Shown here: piece after piece, positions 39,355 to 48,757 of the stretch
Layout of the letters: every line of letters starts with the position of its first letter
Position numbering within the stretch: position 1 is the first letter of the stretch
DNA from: Planctomycetota bacterium
GTDB taxonomy: Bacteria > Planctomycetota > B15-G4
Assembly (NCBI GenBank): GCA_038212275.1
Contig: JBBQUR010000017.1
Location: 1 to 64,000 of the forward strand
Reading direction: 5' to 3'
Length of the DNA stretch: 64,000 nucleotides
The notes under the pieces: model-generated
What the model saw: only the letters and a program-made list of their open reading frames with translations
Told to the model about the DNA's origin: nothing
Database searches by the model: none
Position numbers and translations under genes: made by a program

Positions 39355-39469
39355 CGCGACTTCGCCGAGGCCACTTGCGACTCTGCAATTGCAATGGCCC
39401 GGAGTCCGGTGCAGAGTGCTCCTGCATGAGCATTCGCTGCACGCGCGGCCCGCGCCGGATACCGCCCGC

Positions 39470-39868
39470 ATGAACTTCGTCCAGGCGGCTGTCGTGCCCT
39501 ATCGCCGCCGCGCGGGGGCCATCCAGTTCGCGCTCATCACGACACCGGACCGTCGCCGCTGGATTCTCCCGAAAGGCTGGATCGACGACGGCGAGACGCC
39601 GGCCGAGTCCGCCGTGCGCGAGGCAGGGGAAGAAGCCGGGCTGCTCGGCGTGGTCATGGGCGAAGCGCTCGGGCATTACTGCTACAGCAAGGCGAAGGAG
39701 TCGCGCTCCGTGGCCGTCTTCATCATGCGCGTCACGCGTGAACTGGAGCGCTGGCCCGAAGACCATCGCCGGCGGCGCTGGCTGCACCTCGAGGACGCGC
39801 TCGACCACATGGAGCACGACGAGCTGCGGCGCATGCTGCGCCGGGCCGCGCGCCGCCTCGACGCCTGA
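39470..39868 (+). CDS. NUDIX hydrolase (polyphosphate/DIPP-like)
   Basis: QAAVVPYR, WILPKGWIDDGETPAESAVREAGEEAG NUDIX box, WPE...RRW. Confidence 0.92.
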   Translation: MNFVQAAVVPYRRRAGAIQFALITTPDRRRWILPKGWIDDGETPAESAVREAGEEAGLLGVVMGEALGHYCYSKAKESRSVAVFIMRVTRELERWPEDHRRRRWLHLEDALDHMEHDELRRMLRRAARRLDA

Positions 39869-40041
39869 GCCGGCCCGCGCCCTCCCGGCTTGCGCCGCAC
39901 CATGCGCCTCCCCAGAATGCCGGAGTCGCGCTGCGCCCGGCGCCTTCGGCCCGGCCTCTGCGCACCGACGCCTTCCCGGAGATTCCCATCCGCAAGCCGA
40001 GGTCGTCCGCCGCCGGAAGGATTTTCCGATTCGCGCCAGGC

Positions 40042-41694
40042 GTGGAAGCAGAGGCCTTCCTGGAGCGGCTCACGGCGGAGCGGCCATGCCGGCGATTCGC
40101 GGCGCGCAGGGAACGGCGCGTGCTGCTCGACACCTTCGACGGCCGGCTCGAGGGCAGCCGGTACACGCTGGCCGCGCAGCCCGAGGGCGACGGCACGCTG
40201 CTCAAGCTGGCGGGCACGGACGCATCGCGCGAACGCCGCGTGCTGGTCGGCGCCCCACCAGCCTTCGTGTCCGACCTTCCGCCGGCACTCGCCGACCTCC
40301 TCGCGCCGATCCTCGAAGATCGTCGCCTCTTCACCGTCGCGGAGGTCGAGAGTCGCGCGCGGCGGCTCACACTGCTCGACCGGCGTCGCGCGCCGCTTGC
40401 CCACCTGCTGGTGCTGGAGAGCGTGTCGCGCAAGCTGCCGATCCCGGGCTTCCCGTCGCCTGCGGATGGCCAGGCCGTGCTCCTGCCGGCGCTGCTCGCC
40501 GTGACTCCGGCGGCCGGCCGTGAGCGCGCGACGGCACCACTGATCCGCGGACTGGTCGAGGGGCGCCAGCTGCTGCCCACGGAGCACTCGCCGCGGGCGG
40601 TCTGGCGTCTTGCCTTCTGTGCGGCGGCCAGGGCGGGCCGCCCGGCCGGCGCCTCGACGCCCTCGGCCGAGCTGCACCATGACCTCGCGGCGGCCGAAGC
40701 GATGCGCCGCGTGCACCGCGTGCTGCTCGCCGCCATCCGTCTCAACGAGCGCGGCGTGCGACTCGACCTCGATGTCGAATTCCTGCACGAGCTGCGCGTG
40801 GCCGTCCGGCGCACCCGCTCGCTGCTCGGCCAGGTCAAGCGCGTCTTTCAGTCAGCCCATGTCGAGCACTGGCGCGAGGAGCTCTCCTGGCTCGGCCGGC
40901 TCACGGGTCCCGTGCGCGACCTCGACGTGTTCCTGGGACGGCTCGCGGATCCGTTGCTCGTGCCGCCCGAGGAGGCGGCGGCGCTCGCACCGCTCATCGA
41001 CAGGCTTCGGCAGCGCCGCCAGGCGGAACTCGGTCGCCTCCTGGCGCAGCTGGACACGCTGCGTTTCACGACATTGCTCGCGGGCTGGGAGGACTTCCTC
41101 ACGCGCGACGATCCGGCGACCGGCCGCGGCAAGCCGGCGCACCGCGCCGAGGCCCCCATCGCCTTCGTCGCTGGCCGGCGCATCGACCGCCTGCACGCGC
41201 GCTTCGTCAAACGCGGGCGCGCCCTGCGTGCCGACTCCCCGCCCGAAGATCTGCACGCCCTGCGCATCGAGGCCAAGAAGCTCCGCTACGTGCTCGACAG
41301 CACGAAGGCCGTCTTCGATCCCGTGACGGTCTTCGCGCTGCTGCCTCCGCTGAAGCTCGTGCAGGCTGCGCTGGGAGACGCGCAGGACTGCCACGTGCAG
41401 CGCGAGCTGGTGCAGCACACCGCGCTGGAGCTCGCTGCCGCCGGAATGATCTCGACCGAGACGCTCACGCTGGTGGCGAGGCTCGACGCGCGCCTCGCCG
41501 CGATGGCCGAGAGCGCCCGCATCCGCTTCGCGCAGCACCTGCCAGCGCTGCTCGCGGATGGCTTGCGGGCTGCCGTGCGCGAGATCTGGCGCGCACCCGC
41601 CGCACCGGCAACGAAGCACGGCCAGGCCGTCAGTGATCCGATGCTGCCCGTCGACCGGTCGGCATCAGCTGCCGCTCGAGTTGCCGGGCAATGA
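40042..41694 (+). CDS. CHAD-domain protein with CYTH-like N-terminal region
   Basis: DVEFLHELRVAVRRTRS, TGPVRDLDVF, LHALRIEAKKLRY, LGDAQD; LDTFDGRL near the N-terminus. Confidence 0.88.
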   Translation: MEAEAFLERLTAERPCRRFAARRERRVLLDTFDGRLEGSRYTLAAQPEGDGTLLKLAGTDASRERRVLVGAPPAFVSDLPPALADLLAPILEDRRLFTVAEVESRARRLTLLDRRRAPLAHLLVLESVSRKLPIPGFPSPADGQAVLLPALLAVTPAAGRERATAPLIRGLVEGRQLLPTEHSPRAVWRLAFCAAARAGRPAGASTPSAELHHDLAAAEAMRRVHRVLLAAIRLNERGVRLDLDVEFLHELRVAVRRTRSLLGQVKRVFQSAHVEHWREELSWLGRLTGPVRDLDVFLGRLADPLLVPPEEAAALAPLIDRLRQRRQAELGRLLAQLDTLRFTTLLAGWEDFLTRDDPATGRGKPAHRAEAPIAFVAGRRIDRLHARFVKRGRALRADSPPEDLHALRIEAKKLRYVLDSTKAVFDPVTVFALLPPLKLVQAALGDAQDCHVQRELVQHTALELAAAGMISTETLTLVARLDARLAAMAESARIRFAQHLPALLADGLRAAVREIWRAPAAPATKHGQAVSDPMLPVDRSASAAARVAGQ

Positions 41695-42901
41695 GCGTGG
41701 CGGCCAGCGCGTTGCCCGCCACGGACCAGTGCGTGTCGTCCGCGGAGTAGAGCGGCAGGTGCGCCTCGGCACCGCCGCCGTCCTCACTCTCGCCCCCGGA
41801 CTCGGCACGCATCGGCTGCAACAGATCGAGGCACGGAACGCCGTTCCGGGCGAGGAGCGCGTCCAGCCAGCGCTGCGGCGCGTCCCAGTCGAAGTCCGCA
41901 TCGGGGCGACCCAGCGCCGCGAGCACCGCCAGGCGCTCGCTTGAATTCACCTGGATGCGATCGGGCACGATGACGACGAGCAGTTGCGCGCCGCTGCCGA
42001 CGACCTCCGCCACGAAGGGCAGCAGCGTCTTCTCCAGCTTGGCGCACATGCCGTCGAATGCGGCGCGCTGTGAGAGGTCGCAGAGGCGCATGTCGCGCAT
42101 CTCGATATTCAGCAGCTGCGCGCGGGTGTAGAGCGGCCGTCGTGCCAGAAAAATGCGCCGGTAGTCCTCGACCTCGTAGCCACCCTGCGGCAGTTCCGCG
42201 CTCTTGTGGAACTCGGCGAAGGAGAGGGCGCCGGGAACGTGCCCCTCGCTGCCGGCCACGCGCCCGGCCCACGCGTTGCGCAGCACGGCCAGGACGTCGC
42301 TGTGGCGGCCGTAGCGCGAGAAGAAGCCGTCGTCGGGCACCCATGCCTCGTCGCGGAAATCATTGCCCACGTAGAACTCGAGCACCACGACATCCGGCCG
42401 CAACGCAGCGCCCTGCAGCTGCCACATGCGGCGCTCGAAGGACGGGCCGACCATGGGCATGCCGAGGTTGATGACTTCCACCGGCTGACGCAGGCCCTCG
42501 TGGAGCAGTTGCTGCAGCTTCGTGGTCCACAGGTCCGACCACGGCACGCCGCCGCTCGCGAACGTGAACGAATCGCCGAGCGCCACGACACGCAGCACAC
42601 CGGGTTCCCCGGCCATCTGAAACACCGGCGTGCGCAGGCCGCGCGAGTTGGTGACGAAGCCGCCGACGTCGCGGCACGGTCGGTACCCCAGGGCGGTCAT
42701 GTCGAGCAGGTCGGGAAGCGAGTCCGCCGACGCGAAGTCGTGACTGTCCTGCGGGACGACCGTCCACGAGCGCACGGACTGCGACCAGGGCGAGACCAGC
42801 CGCAACACGACTTCGAACAGGAGCAGCCCGACGACGAGCTGGAGTCCGAGCAGTCTGGCGAAGTCCACCAGCCGCCTGCGATGTCTGCGCGACTCGGCCA
42901 C
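41630..42901 (-). CDS. SGNH/GDSL-family hydrolase or acyltransferase with N-terminal TM helix
   Basis: TNSRGLR, VALGDSFT, EVINLG, FYVGND, DTHWSVAGN. Confidence 0.88.
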   Translation of the reverse strand: MAESRRHRRRLVDFARLLGLQLVVGLLLFEVVLRLVSPWSQSVRSWTVVPQDSHDFASADSLPDLLDMTALGYRPCRDVGGFVTNSRGLRTPVFQMAGEPGVLRVVALGDSFTFASGGVPWSDLWTTKLQQLLHEGLRQPVEVINLGMPMVGPSFERRMWQLQGAALRPDVVVLEFYVGNDFRDEAWVPDDGFFSRYGRHSDVLAVLRNAWAGRVAGSEGHVPGALSFAEFHKSAELPQGGYEVEDYRRIFLARRPLYTRAQLLNIEMRDMRLCDLSQRAAFDGMCAKLEKTLLPFVAEVVGSGAQLLVVIVPDRIQVNSSERLAVLAALGRPDADFDWDAPQRWLDALLARNGVPCLDLLQPMRAESGGESEDGGGAEAHLPLYSADDTHWSVAGNALAATLIARQLERQLMPTGRRAASDH

Positions 42902-43167
42902 CCCGGCCCTCCAGCGGCGGACCGGCGCCCGTGCCTCCGATCGCCTCGGGGGCGCACGGAACGCCGGAGGCGCCTGTTCCCGCGCCAGAAGTATGCCTTC
43001 CTGGGATCGTCGTCACCGCAGCGGCCGGCGCGACACGTCGCGCCGGGAGTCATCCCGCCGCGCGACGCGCGCGCCAGCCCCTGCAATGGCCTCTGCCGCG
43101 GCTCCCGCGATCCGTGCCTCAGTGAGAGCCACTGCTGGCCATGACGCCGCAGACCGCGGAGTCGCCG

Positions 43168-45681
43168 CTACGGCAGCAAAGTCACCTGCAGCGCATTGGA
43201 GAAGCCGAGGCCCTGCGGCTGTCCGGCATCGATGAGGACGCACTGCAGAAAGAGGACCGCGGGGCCGTTGCCACCCGCGATGCCCGGGATGGAGATGTCG
43301 CCGTCCGCGTCCGTGGTCAACGGCACGATGACAGCCCACGGCTGCGGCACGAGCAGGCCGCCCTTGAGCGGTCCCGGCGCGTTCGTCGCACCCACGACGA
43401 GGAAGGCAGGTGCGAAGGCCGGCCCGCCCGTCAGCTGGAGAGCCGCGCTGCCGCCGGTAGACAGGTCGTCGCCACACAGGGACAGCGTCGAGGAGCCGGG
43501 GCCGCCGAAGCCGAGGTCCGGCTGGCACACGACGGTCGAGGTTCGCGGGAGATCGCGCGCGAGGATGGTGATCGTCGCCGTGTCCACCGCATGCATGCCG
43601 CTGCTGTCCTCGGCGGACACCTGCAGGACATGCGTGCCCACGCTGAGATCGGCCACCGAAGTGAGCCGTCCCGATCCGAGCGAGCCGTCCAGACTGGAAG
43701 ACCATTGCAGGCTCTGTCCCTCCAGAGCGTGATCCTCGAGATCCCAGCCCGAGCTGTGCAGGATCACCGTGGCGCCTTGCCGGAAGACGCTGCCATCGTC
43801 GGGAGTGACGATCTGCACCCATGGTGCGTTGCCGCCGCCGAGCTGCGCCGACGAGAGATTGAGCGGCTGCGTACGCGTGACGGTCGTGTTGAGGCCGTCG
43901 CTGGCGAGCAGCTCGAAGAAGGCCTTGCCGGCGACGGGCGCGGGCAGCGCGTTCAGATCGACGTCCACGCTGGTGAGGTCGAGGCCCGAAGCGAGCGGCA
44001 CGAAGCGCTTGCCGCCGTCGGGGCTGTAGCGCAGATAGCAGTGAAGTGCGTCACCGTCCGCGTCCGAACCGGTCCACGAAACGACGAGCTTGCCCGCGTT
44101 CACGACTCCGTTGATGGGTGACGTGAAGCCGACGTGCGGAGCCCAGGACGTGCGCTGCCGTTCGAGCGGCAGCGCATGGGCCCCGCCCGCTGCGGCAACG
44201 ACGACTCGATCGATCGAATCGACGCCCTCGGCATTCAGCGGCAGGATCGCCGTGAAGGGCACGACGGGATCGGCCGGGCCCGCGGAGTCCGCATCGCCGC
44301 CACCGCACTCGGGGCACTCGTCCGCGGAGCTTCGCGCCAGCAGCGGAAGTTCGGTGACCAGCGTGGATCCGGCGAAGGCACGCACCACGAGATTCGCCTC
44401 GTGCGGCGAGGCAGGCACCGATGCCACGGCTGCGGGCAGGGTCAGCATGTCGGTCAGCCGGATTTCGCCCGACTGCCTGTTCCACAGGCCCGCGAGCAGC
44501 AGTCCAGGCGGCGCGTTCGTCGATGCCGCGGTCAGTGCGGGCGCATCGAACAGCGGGAGATTGCAGAAGTAGTTGAAGGTGCTCGGCGCGACCCAGGCCT
44601 CCTGCGTGAGGAGCCCGGCGAACATGATGTCCTTCAGCGTGGCCGCCTTGATCTGCGGCAGGTTCTGCGTGAGGTGGAGGTGGTGCTCCACATCCACGCC
44701 GATGACGCCGGTCGTCAGGCTGTTGTGCTGCAGGCCCACGTTGTGACCAAGCTCATGAGCGAGCGTCCGCTGGTAGCGGATGAGTTCCGTGTTCCCCATC
44801 GACACGTTGCCGTTGATGTAGGACTGGCCGTTGTAGGACAGGCCGCCCGGCACGAAGCCGTAGAGGAAGTCGGGCTTGGGCTGCATGAGGTTGATGTCCA
44901 CCTGCAGCGCATTGAGCAGGTCGACGCCGGTGCCCGCGAGCGACGATGTCCACAACTTGCTGGGGGCGTCGGTCCGGTGGTAGCGCCAGTCGGGCGCCGG
45001 GTAGATGCCCTGCACGAAATTGTCACCCATGCCGGGCTCGATCCGCGCTGCATCCGGAAGATTGGGAATGCTGCCGCCACCCGGCCTGTAGTCGATCGGC
45101 ACGTAGGCCAGCTCGGGCGCGCGGAAGTACGCGAACGAGAGCGGGACGCTCGAGAAGGTATTGTTGGATGTGTTCGCCTCGGCCACGAAATTGGGACCGG
45201 CCGGATTCACTTCTGCGGTGAGCACGACCTGGGCGGATTCGGGAGCCAGGAAAATGAAATTCAGCGAGCCGTCTTCGACGGTGAAATCGATGGGAAGCTT
45301 TGCCGGGAAAGGCCCGTTGTCGGAGTAGATGGGCGAGTCGGCCGCCTCGACGCCGTTCACGTAGATGCGCAGCAGGCCATCCACGAGGGGAGTCGCGGGC
45401 AGCGGGTTGGTGACGCGTACGGAAACTCGAGCAAAGGTCGTGCGCCCGGCGACCAGCGGCGTGGTGCCTGTCTGCACGGCCTGATTCACCTCGATCTTGG
45501 AGATTGAGTAGTCGAGAACCTGAGCCGCCACCGCGGGGACGGCCACCGCGAGCACGAGACCGCCTCGCGCGAGGCTCTTCAGGATGCCGGCAGAACGCGA
45601 GGGATCACGGGAACAAGCTTGATTTCGAGACAAGGGAGAACTCCATGGTGCCACGACGTACGCCGACGAAAGCAGGCGCAT
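43168..45681 (-). CDS. Secreted zinc metallopeptidase-like protein with Ig-like domains and the shared C-terminal domain
   Basis: Signal ...AVAVPAVAA/Q, IEVNQAVQ, TLAHELGHNVGLQH zincin motif, DIM Met-turn, DADGD/DLED Ig-like modules; start uncertain. Confidence 0.85.
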   Translation of the reverse strand: MRLLSSAYVVAPWSSPLSRNQACSRDPSRSAGILKSLARGGLVLAVAVPAVAAQVLDYSISKIEVNQAVQTGTTPLVAGRTTFARVSVRVTNPLPATPLVDGLLRIYVNGVEAADSPIYSDNGPFPAKLPIDFTVEDGSLNFIFLAPESAQVVLTAEVNPAGPNFVAEANTSNNTFSSVPLSFAYFRAPELAYVPIDYRPGGGSIPNLPDAARIEPGMGDNFVQGIYPAPDWRYHRTDAPSKLWTSSLAGTGVDLLNALQVDINLMQPKPDFLYGFVPGGLSYNGQSYINGNVSMGNTELIRYQRTLAHELGHNVGLQHNSLTTGVIGVDVEHHLHLTQNLPQIKAATLKDIMFAGLLTQEAWVAPSTFNYFCNLPLFDAPALTAASTNAPPGLLLAGLWNRQSGEIRLTDMLTLPAAVASVPASPHEANLVVRAFAGSTLVTELPLLARSSADECPECGGGDADSAGPADPVVPFTAILPLNAEGVDSIDRVVVAAAGGAHALPLERQRTSWAPHVGFTSPINGVVNAGKLVVSWTGSDADGDALHCYLRYSPDGGKRFVPLASGLDLTSVDVDLNALPAPVAGKAFFELLASDGLNTTVTRTQPLNLSSAQLGGGNAPWVQIVTPDDGSVFRQGATVILHSSGWDLEDHALEGQSLQWSSSLDGSLGSGRLTSVADLSVGTHVLQVSAEDSSGMHAVDTATITILARDLPRTSTVVCQPDLGFGGPGSSTLSLCGDDLSTGGSAALQLTGGPAFAPAFLVVGATNAPGPLKGGLLVPQPWAVIVPLTTDADGDISIPGIAGGNGPAVLFLQCVLIDAGQPQGLGFSNALQVTLLP

Positions 45682-45879
45682 GGCGTGCTCGGGGGAACAC
45701 GCGGCCGGGATGCTACCTCAGGCTCCCGGAAGCAGACAGTCGCAGAATCGTCATGCCTTCCATGCACGGGGTCCGATTCACACAGCCCTCGATGTCACGC
45801 ACGGGCCTGTGGGAACGCTTTCCGGAGAGCGAACGAGGCGATTCATGCAGAGTCCGCAGCCGATCTCACAATCTCCTTG

Positions 45880-45908
45880 TTGATTTGGCACGGCCCCTGG
45901 TTTCTAAT
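45880..45908 (+). promoter_or_regulatory. Possible promoter for the DNA-binding paralog cluster
   Basis: TTGATT-N17-TCTAAT in an AT-richer patch; overlaps TTGGCACG, a sigma54 -24-like element lacking the -12 GC. Confidence 0.3.
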
Positions 45909-45939
45909 GCACCCTCCCCCCCATTGAGTGAGGTCTCTC

Positions 45940-46413
45940 ATGGCTCTCAAATCCATGTCCACGCGTGAGCTCCGTCGCGAATTGGAGCGTCGCGAGGCGG
46001 GCGCCAGCAAGTTGAAGGCGCAGCACGCGGACCTCGCCAAGCGGCTGGCAGCGGTCGAGTCCGAACTCGCCGACCTCGGCGTGGAGAGCGTCCCGGCTCG
46101 CAAGGGCCGCAAGCCCGGCCGTCCGGCGGGCGCAGGCAAGGCCAAGGGCAAGGCCGGTCGTCCCAAGGGAAGCAGGAACAAGGCAAAGGGCAAGGGAAGC
46201 AAGCGCGCGAAGAACGAGATGACGCTTCCCGAGGCCATCATCTCCGGCGTGAAGGTCGGCGCCACCGTCTCGCCCGCGGAGGCTGCCGTGACCGCCAGGA
46301 AGGCCGGATACAGGAGTTCGAGCTCCAACTTCGGCATGATCGTCGCCAATGCGCTGGCCAAGGACAGCCGCTTCAAGAAGCTGGGACGCGGCCAGTACCA
46401 GCGCTCGAAGTGA
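45940..46413 (+). CDS. Putative nucleoid-associated protein, paralog 1 (coiled coil, Lys-rich linker, winged-helix-like domain)
   Basis: SMSTRELRRELERR; KPGRP / GRPKGSRNK; SPAEAA..RKAGY..NF..VANAL..FKKLGRGQY; GAGGT SD. Confidence 0.8.
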   Translation: MALKSMSTRELRRELERREAGASKLKAQHADLAKRLAAVESELADLGVESVPARKGRKPGRPAGAGKAKGKAGRPKGSRNKAKGKGSKRAKNEMTLPEAIISGVKVGATVSPAEAAVTARKAGYRSSSSNFGMIVANALAKDSRFKKLGRGQYQRSK

Positions 46414-46619
46414 CCGATACTCAGGCTGACATGCGCATCGACCGGGACTTCCTGCGGGAGATTGATCCGCGCAAGAGTTACGACCGCGGCCCGATGTCAC
46501 TTCCCGCCGCAGGGCCTCCCGTGACAGTTGCTGTTCCGAACTCCGAGCATGTGTCGGGTTCCGACGCATCCCGGATCAGCGGACACCTTCCGTCCATCAC
46601 CACCTGGACCCGCCGCGAG

Positions 46620-47069
46620 ATGAGTGATTCCGTACAAGACCTTTCCTCGATGTCTCTCGATGACCTCCGTCGTGAATTGAGGCGGCGCGAGGACGCCGTG
46701 TCGCGCCTGCAGGAAAAGCGCGCCAGGGTGGCTGCCGAGCTCGCCATGGTCGAGGCCGAGCTCCGCAAGTGCGGCGGCGAGGCAGCTCTCTCCGGCGGCG
46801 AGCCGGGGGATGAGAAGGCTCCGTCGGTTCCGCGAGGTCCGTCGCGCTCCGGCACGCCTCGACCCAGGAACACGCTCAACCTCGCGGATGCGCTCACGGC
46901 TGCGGTTGACGCGGGCATGGTGGTCTCACCCACCGAAGCAGCCGACCTGGTCCGGAAGAGCGGTTATCTCACCAACTCGAAGACATTTACCCAGACCGTC
47001 ACCGTGGCGCTGTCCAATCACTCGGGCTTCCGGCGCGTGGAGCGCGGTCGCTACGAGTGCATCCGCTGA
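46620..47069 (+). CDS. Putative nucleoid-associated protein, paralog 2
   Basis: SMSLDDLRRELRRR; SPTEAA..RKSGY..TF..VTVAL..FRRVERGRY; alternative GTG start at 46410 overlaps the paralog 1 stop. Confidence 0.78.
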   Translation: MSDSVQDLSSMSLDDLRRELRRREDAVSRLQEKRARVAAELAMVEAELRKCGGEAALSGGEPGDEKAPSVPRGPSRSGTPRPRNTLNLADALTAAVDAGMVVSPTEAADLVRKSGYLTNSKTFTQTVTVALSNHSGFRRVERGRYECIR

Positions 47070-47121
47070 GCACGTCTCGGCCGACATCCACCATGTCCGA
47101 CTCCCGGGCCCGGAACTGAAC

Positions 47122-47937
47122 ATGTCCGCGACCACGTCCGCGCCGTTCGCCGACCCTGAGGGCCATGCAAGCGAGTTGCCGGTCGTGTCGCCGGTCGGCG
47201 CGCCGGTCGCCAACGCGGCTTCCGATACGGCGGCTGCGCCCGTCGCGACAGCGCCCTCCGCGCCTGCCGCCGAGACGCAGACCGCCCGGCCTGAAGCCGC
47301 AAAGCCGCTGCCGCGCCGCGAGCCGCGCGACGTCGGCACATCCCGGAGCCGGCGCCCGGATGCAGTGCCAGCCGTGATGTCGCTGCCGCCGCTCGAGTCG
47401 GGCTTTCCGTGGGAGCGCTCGCCACTCGCGGGCATCTCGAGCACGAAAATCCTGGCTGAGCTGCAGCGCCGACGGGAGCGATCTGCGCAACTCCTCGCGG
47501 AACGCGATCGCATCCTCGAACTCATGGACGCCATCGAGGAACGCCTGACGATGATCGGGCACGATGGCGCAAAGTTCGCCACCACCGAACGACCACGGCC
47601 GGCCCCAACCGGTCGCCGAGGTCAGCCCGGCAAAGCCGGCAAGCCCGGCCAGCTCGGCAAGCCCGGCAAAGCCGACAAGTCCGGCAAGCCTGGTCGCCGA
47701 GGCCAGCCCGGTCAGCGCAAGACTTCCAAGGCCCGGAACACCGTCAGCCTGCGTGAGGCCATCGCGCTGGCCGTCGAGCCGCGCGCCCTGGTCACGCCTG
47801 CAGAGGCCGCCGAACTCCTGAAGCGCAACGGCTACCGCTCCACGGCGGCCAATTTCGCGACGCTCGTCGGCAATGCGCTCGCCAGGGACGAGCGCTTCCG
47901 CAGGCTCGGCCGCGGATCCTACGAACGGATCGGCTGA
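47122..47937 (+). CDS. Putative nucleoid-associated protein, paralog 3 (N-terminal Pro/Ala extension, GKP-repeat linker)
   Basis: ISSTKILAELQRRR; GQPGKAGKPGQLGKPGK; TPAEAA..KRNGY..NF..VGNAL..FRRLGRGSY. Confidence 0.78.
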   Translation: MSATTSAPFADPEGHASELPVVSPVGAPVANAASDTAAAPVATAPSAPAAETQTARPEAAKPLPRREPRDVGTSRSRRPDAVPAVMSLPPLESGFPWERSPLAGISSTKILAELQRRRERSAQLLAERDRILELMDAIEERLTMIGHDGAKFATTERPRPAPTGRRGQPGKAGKPGQLGKPGKADKSGKPGRRGQPGQRKTSKARNTVSLREAIALAVEPRALVTPAEAAELLKRNGYRSTAANFATLVGNALARDERFRRLGRGSYERIG

Positions 47938-47992
47938 CTCCTTCGCATCGCTCCGGCGCCGGTCGTGCCCGGCCCCATCCCGGACGGTACTC

Positions 47993-48721
47993 ATGAGCCT
48001 GGCCTACGAGGAACTCGACTTCGCGCAGACCCGTTTCGGCGAGTTGATCCTGCGGCGACGGCGCGCCCTGTCCGTGCAGGGAGTGGACATCTACGAGGTC
48101 AAGCTCGACGGTCAGTTCCTGATGTCCAGCCTCGTGAACGGCTCCGAGATCGCGCTGGCGGAACTCGGACTGGCGGAGGCGGGCAGCGGGGCACTGGACG
48201 TCGTGGTGGGCGGACTCGGATTGGGTTGCACGGCCGCGGCCGCGCTGGACCATGCCGCCGTCCGTTCGCTGATCGTCGTCGAATACCTTCCCGAGGTCAT
48301 CTCGTGGCACCGGCGCCACCTCGTTCCGCTGGGCTCCCGCCTCACGGGTGACTCGCGCTGCCGCCTGAGCCAGGGCGACTTCTTCGCGCTGGCTGCTTCC
48401 TCCGGCGGCGGCTTCGATGCCGAGGCGCCGGGCCGCCGCTTTCATGCGGTGCTGCTCGACATCGACCACTCGCCGCGCGGCCTGCTGCACGCGAGCCACG
48501 CCGGTTTCTATGGACCCGACGGCCTCGCTGCGCTCGCGGATCGCCTGCACCCCGGAGGCGTGTTCGCGCTCTGGTCGGCGGAGCCGCCTGACGAGGCCTT
48601 CACCCGACGCCTCGGCGAGGTGTTCGCCTCGGCGCGCGCCGAAGCGATCAGCGTCTTCAATCCGCTGCTCGACGAGGACGAGGTGAACACCATCTACCTC
48701 GCCGTGACGGCCACGCACTGA
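47993..48721 (+). CDS. Spermidine-synthase-like SAM-dependent methyltransferase
   Basis: GQFLMSS, VVVGGLGLG SAM motif, VVE, LLDIDHSP, PGGVFALWS. Confidence 0.85.
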   Translation: MSLAYEELDFAQTRFGELILRRRRALSVQGVDIYEVKLDGQFLMSSLVNGSEIALAELGLAEAGSGALDVVVGGLGLGCTAAAALDHAAVRSLIVVEYLPEVISWHRRHLVPLGSRLTGDSRCRLSQGDFFALAASSGGGFDAEAPGRRFHAVLLDIDHSPRGLLHASHAGFYGPDGLAALADRLHPGGVFALWSAEPPDEAFTRRLGEVFASARAEAISVFNPLLDEDEVNTIYLAVTATH

Positions 48722-48757
48722 GTCGCCTCGGGGGCGACGGCGCCGCACAGCGCCCGC

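Noticed and set aside
45885..45901. Sigma54 promoter TTGGCACGGCCCCTGGT
   Set aside because: The -24 element matches but the -12 GC is replaced by GG; kept only as part of a low-confidence promoter call.
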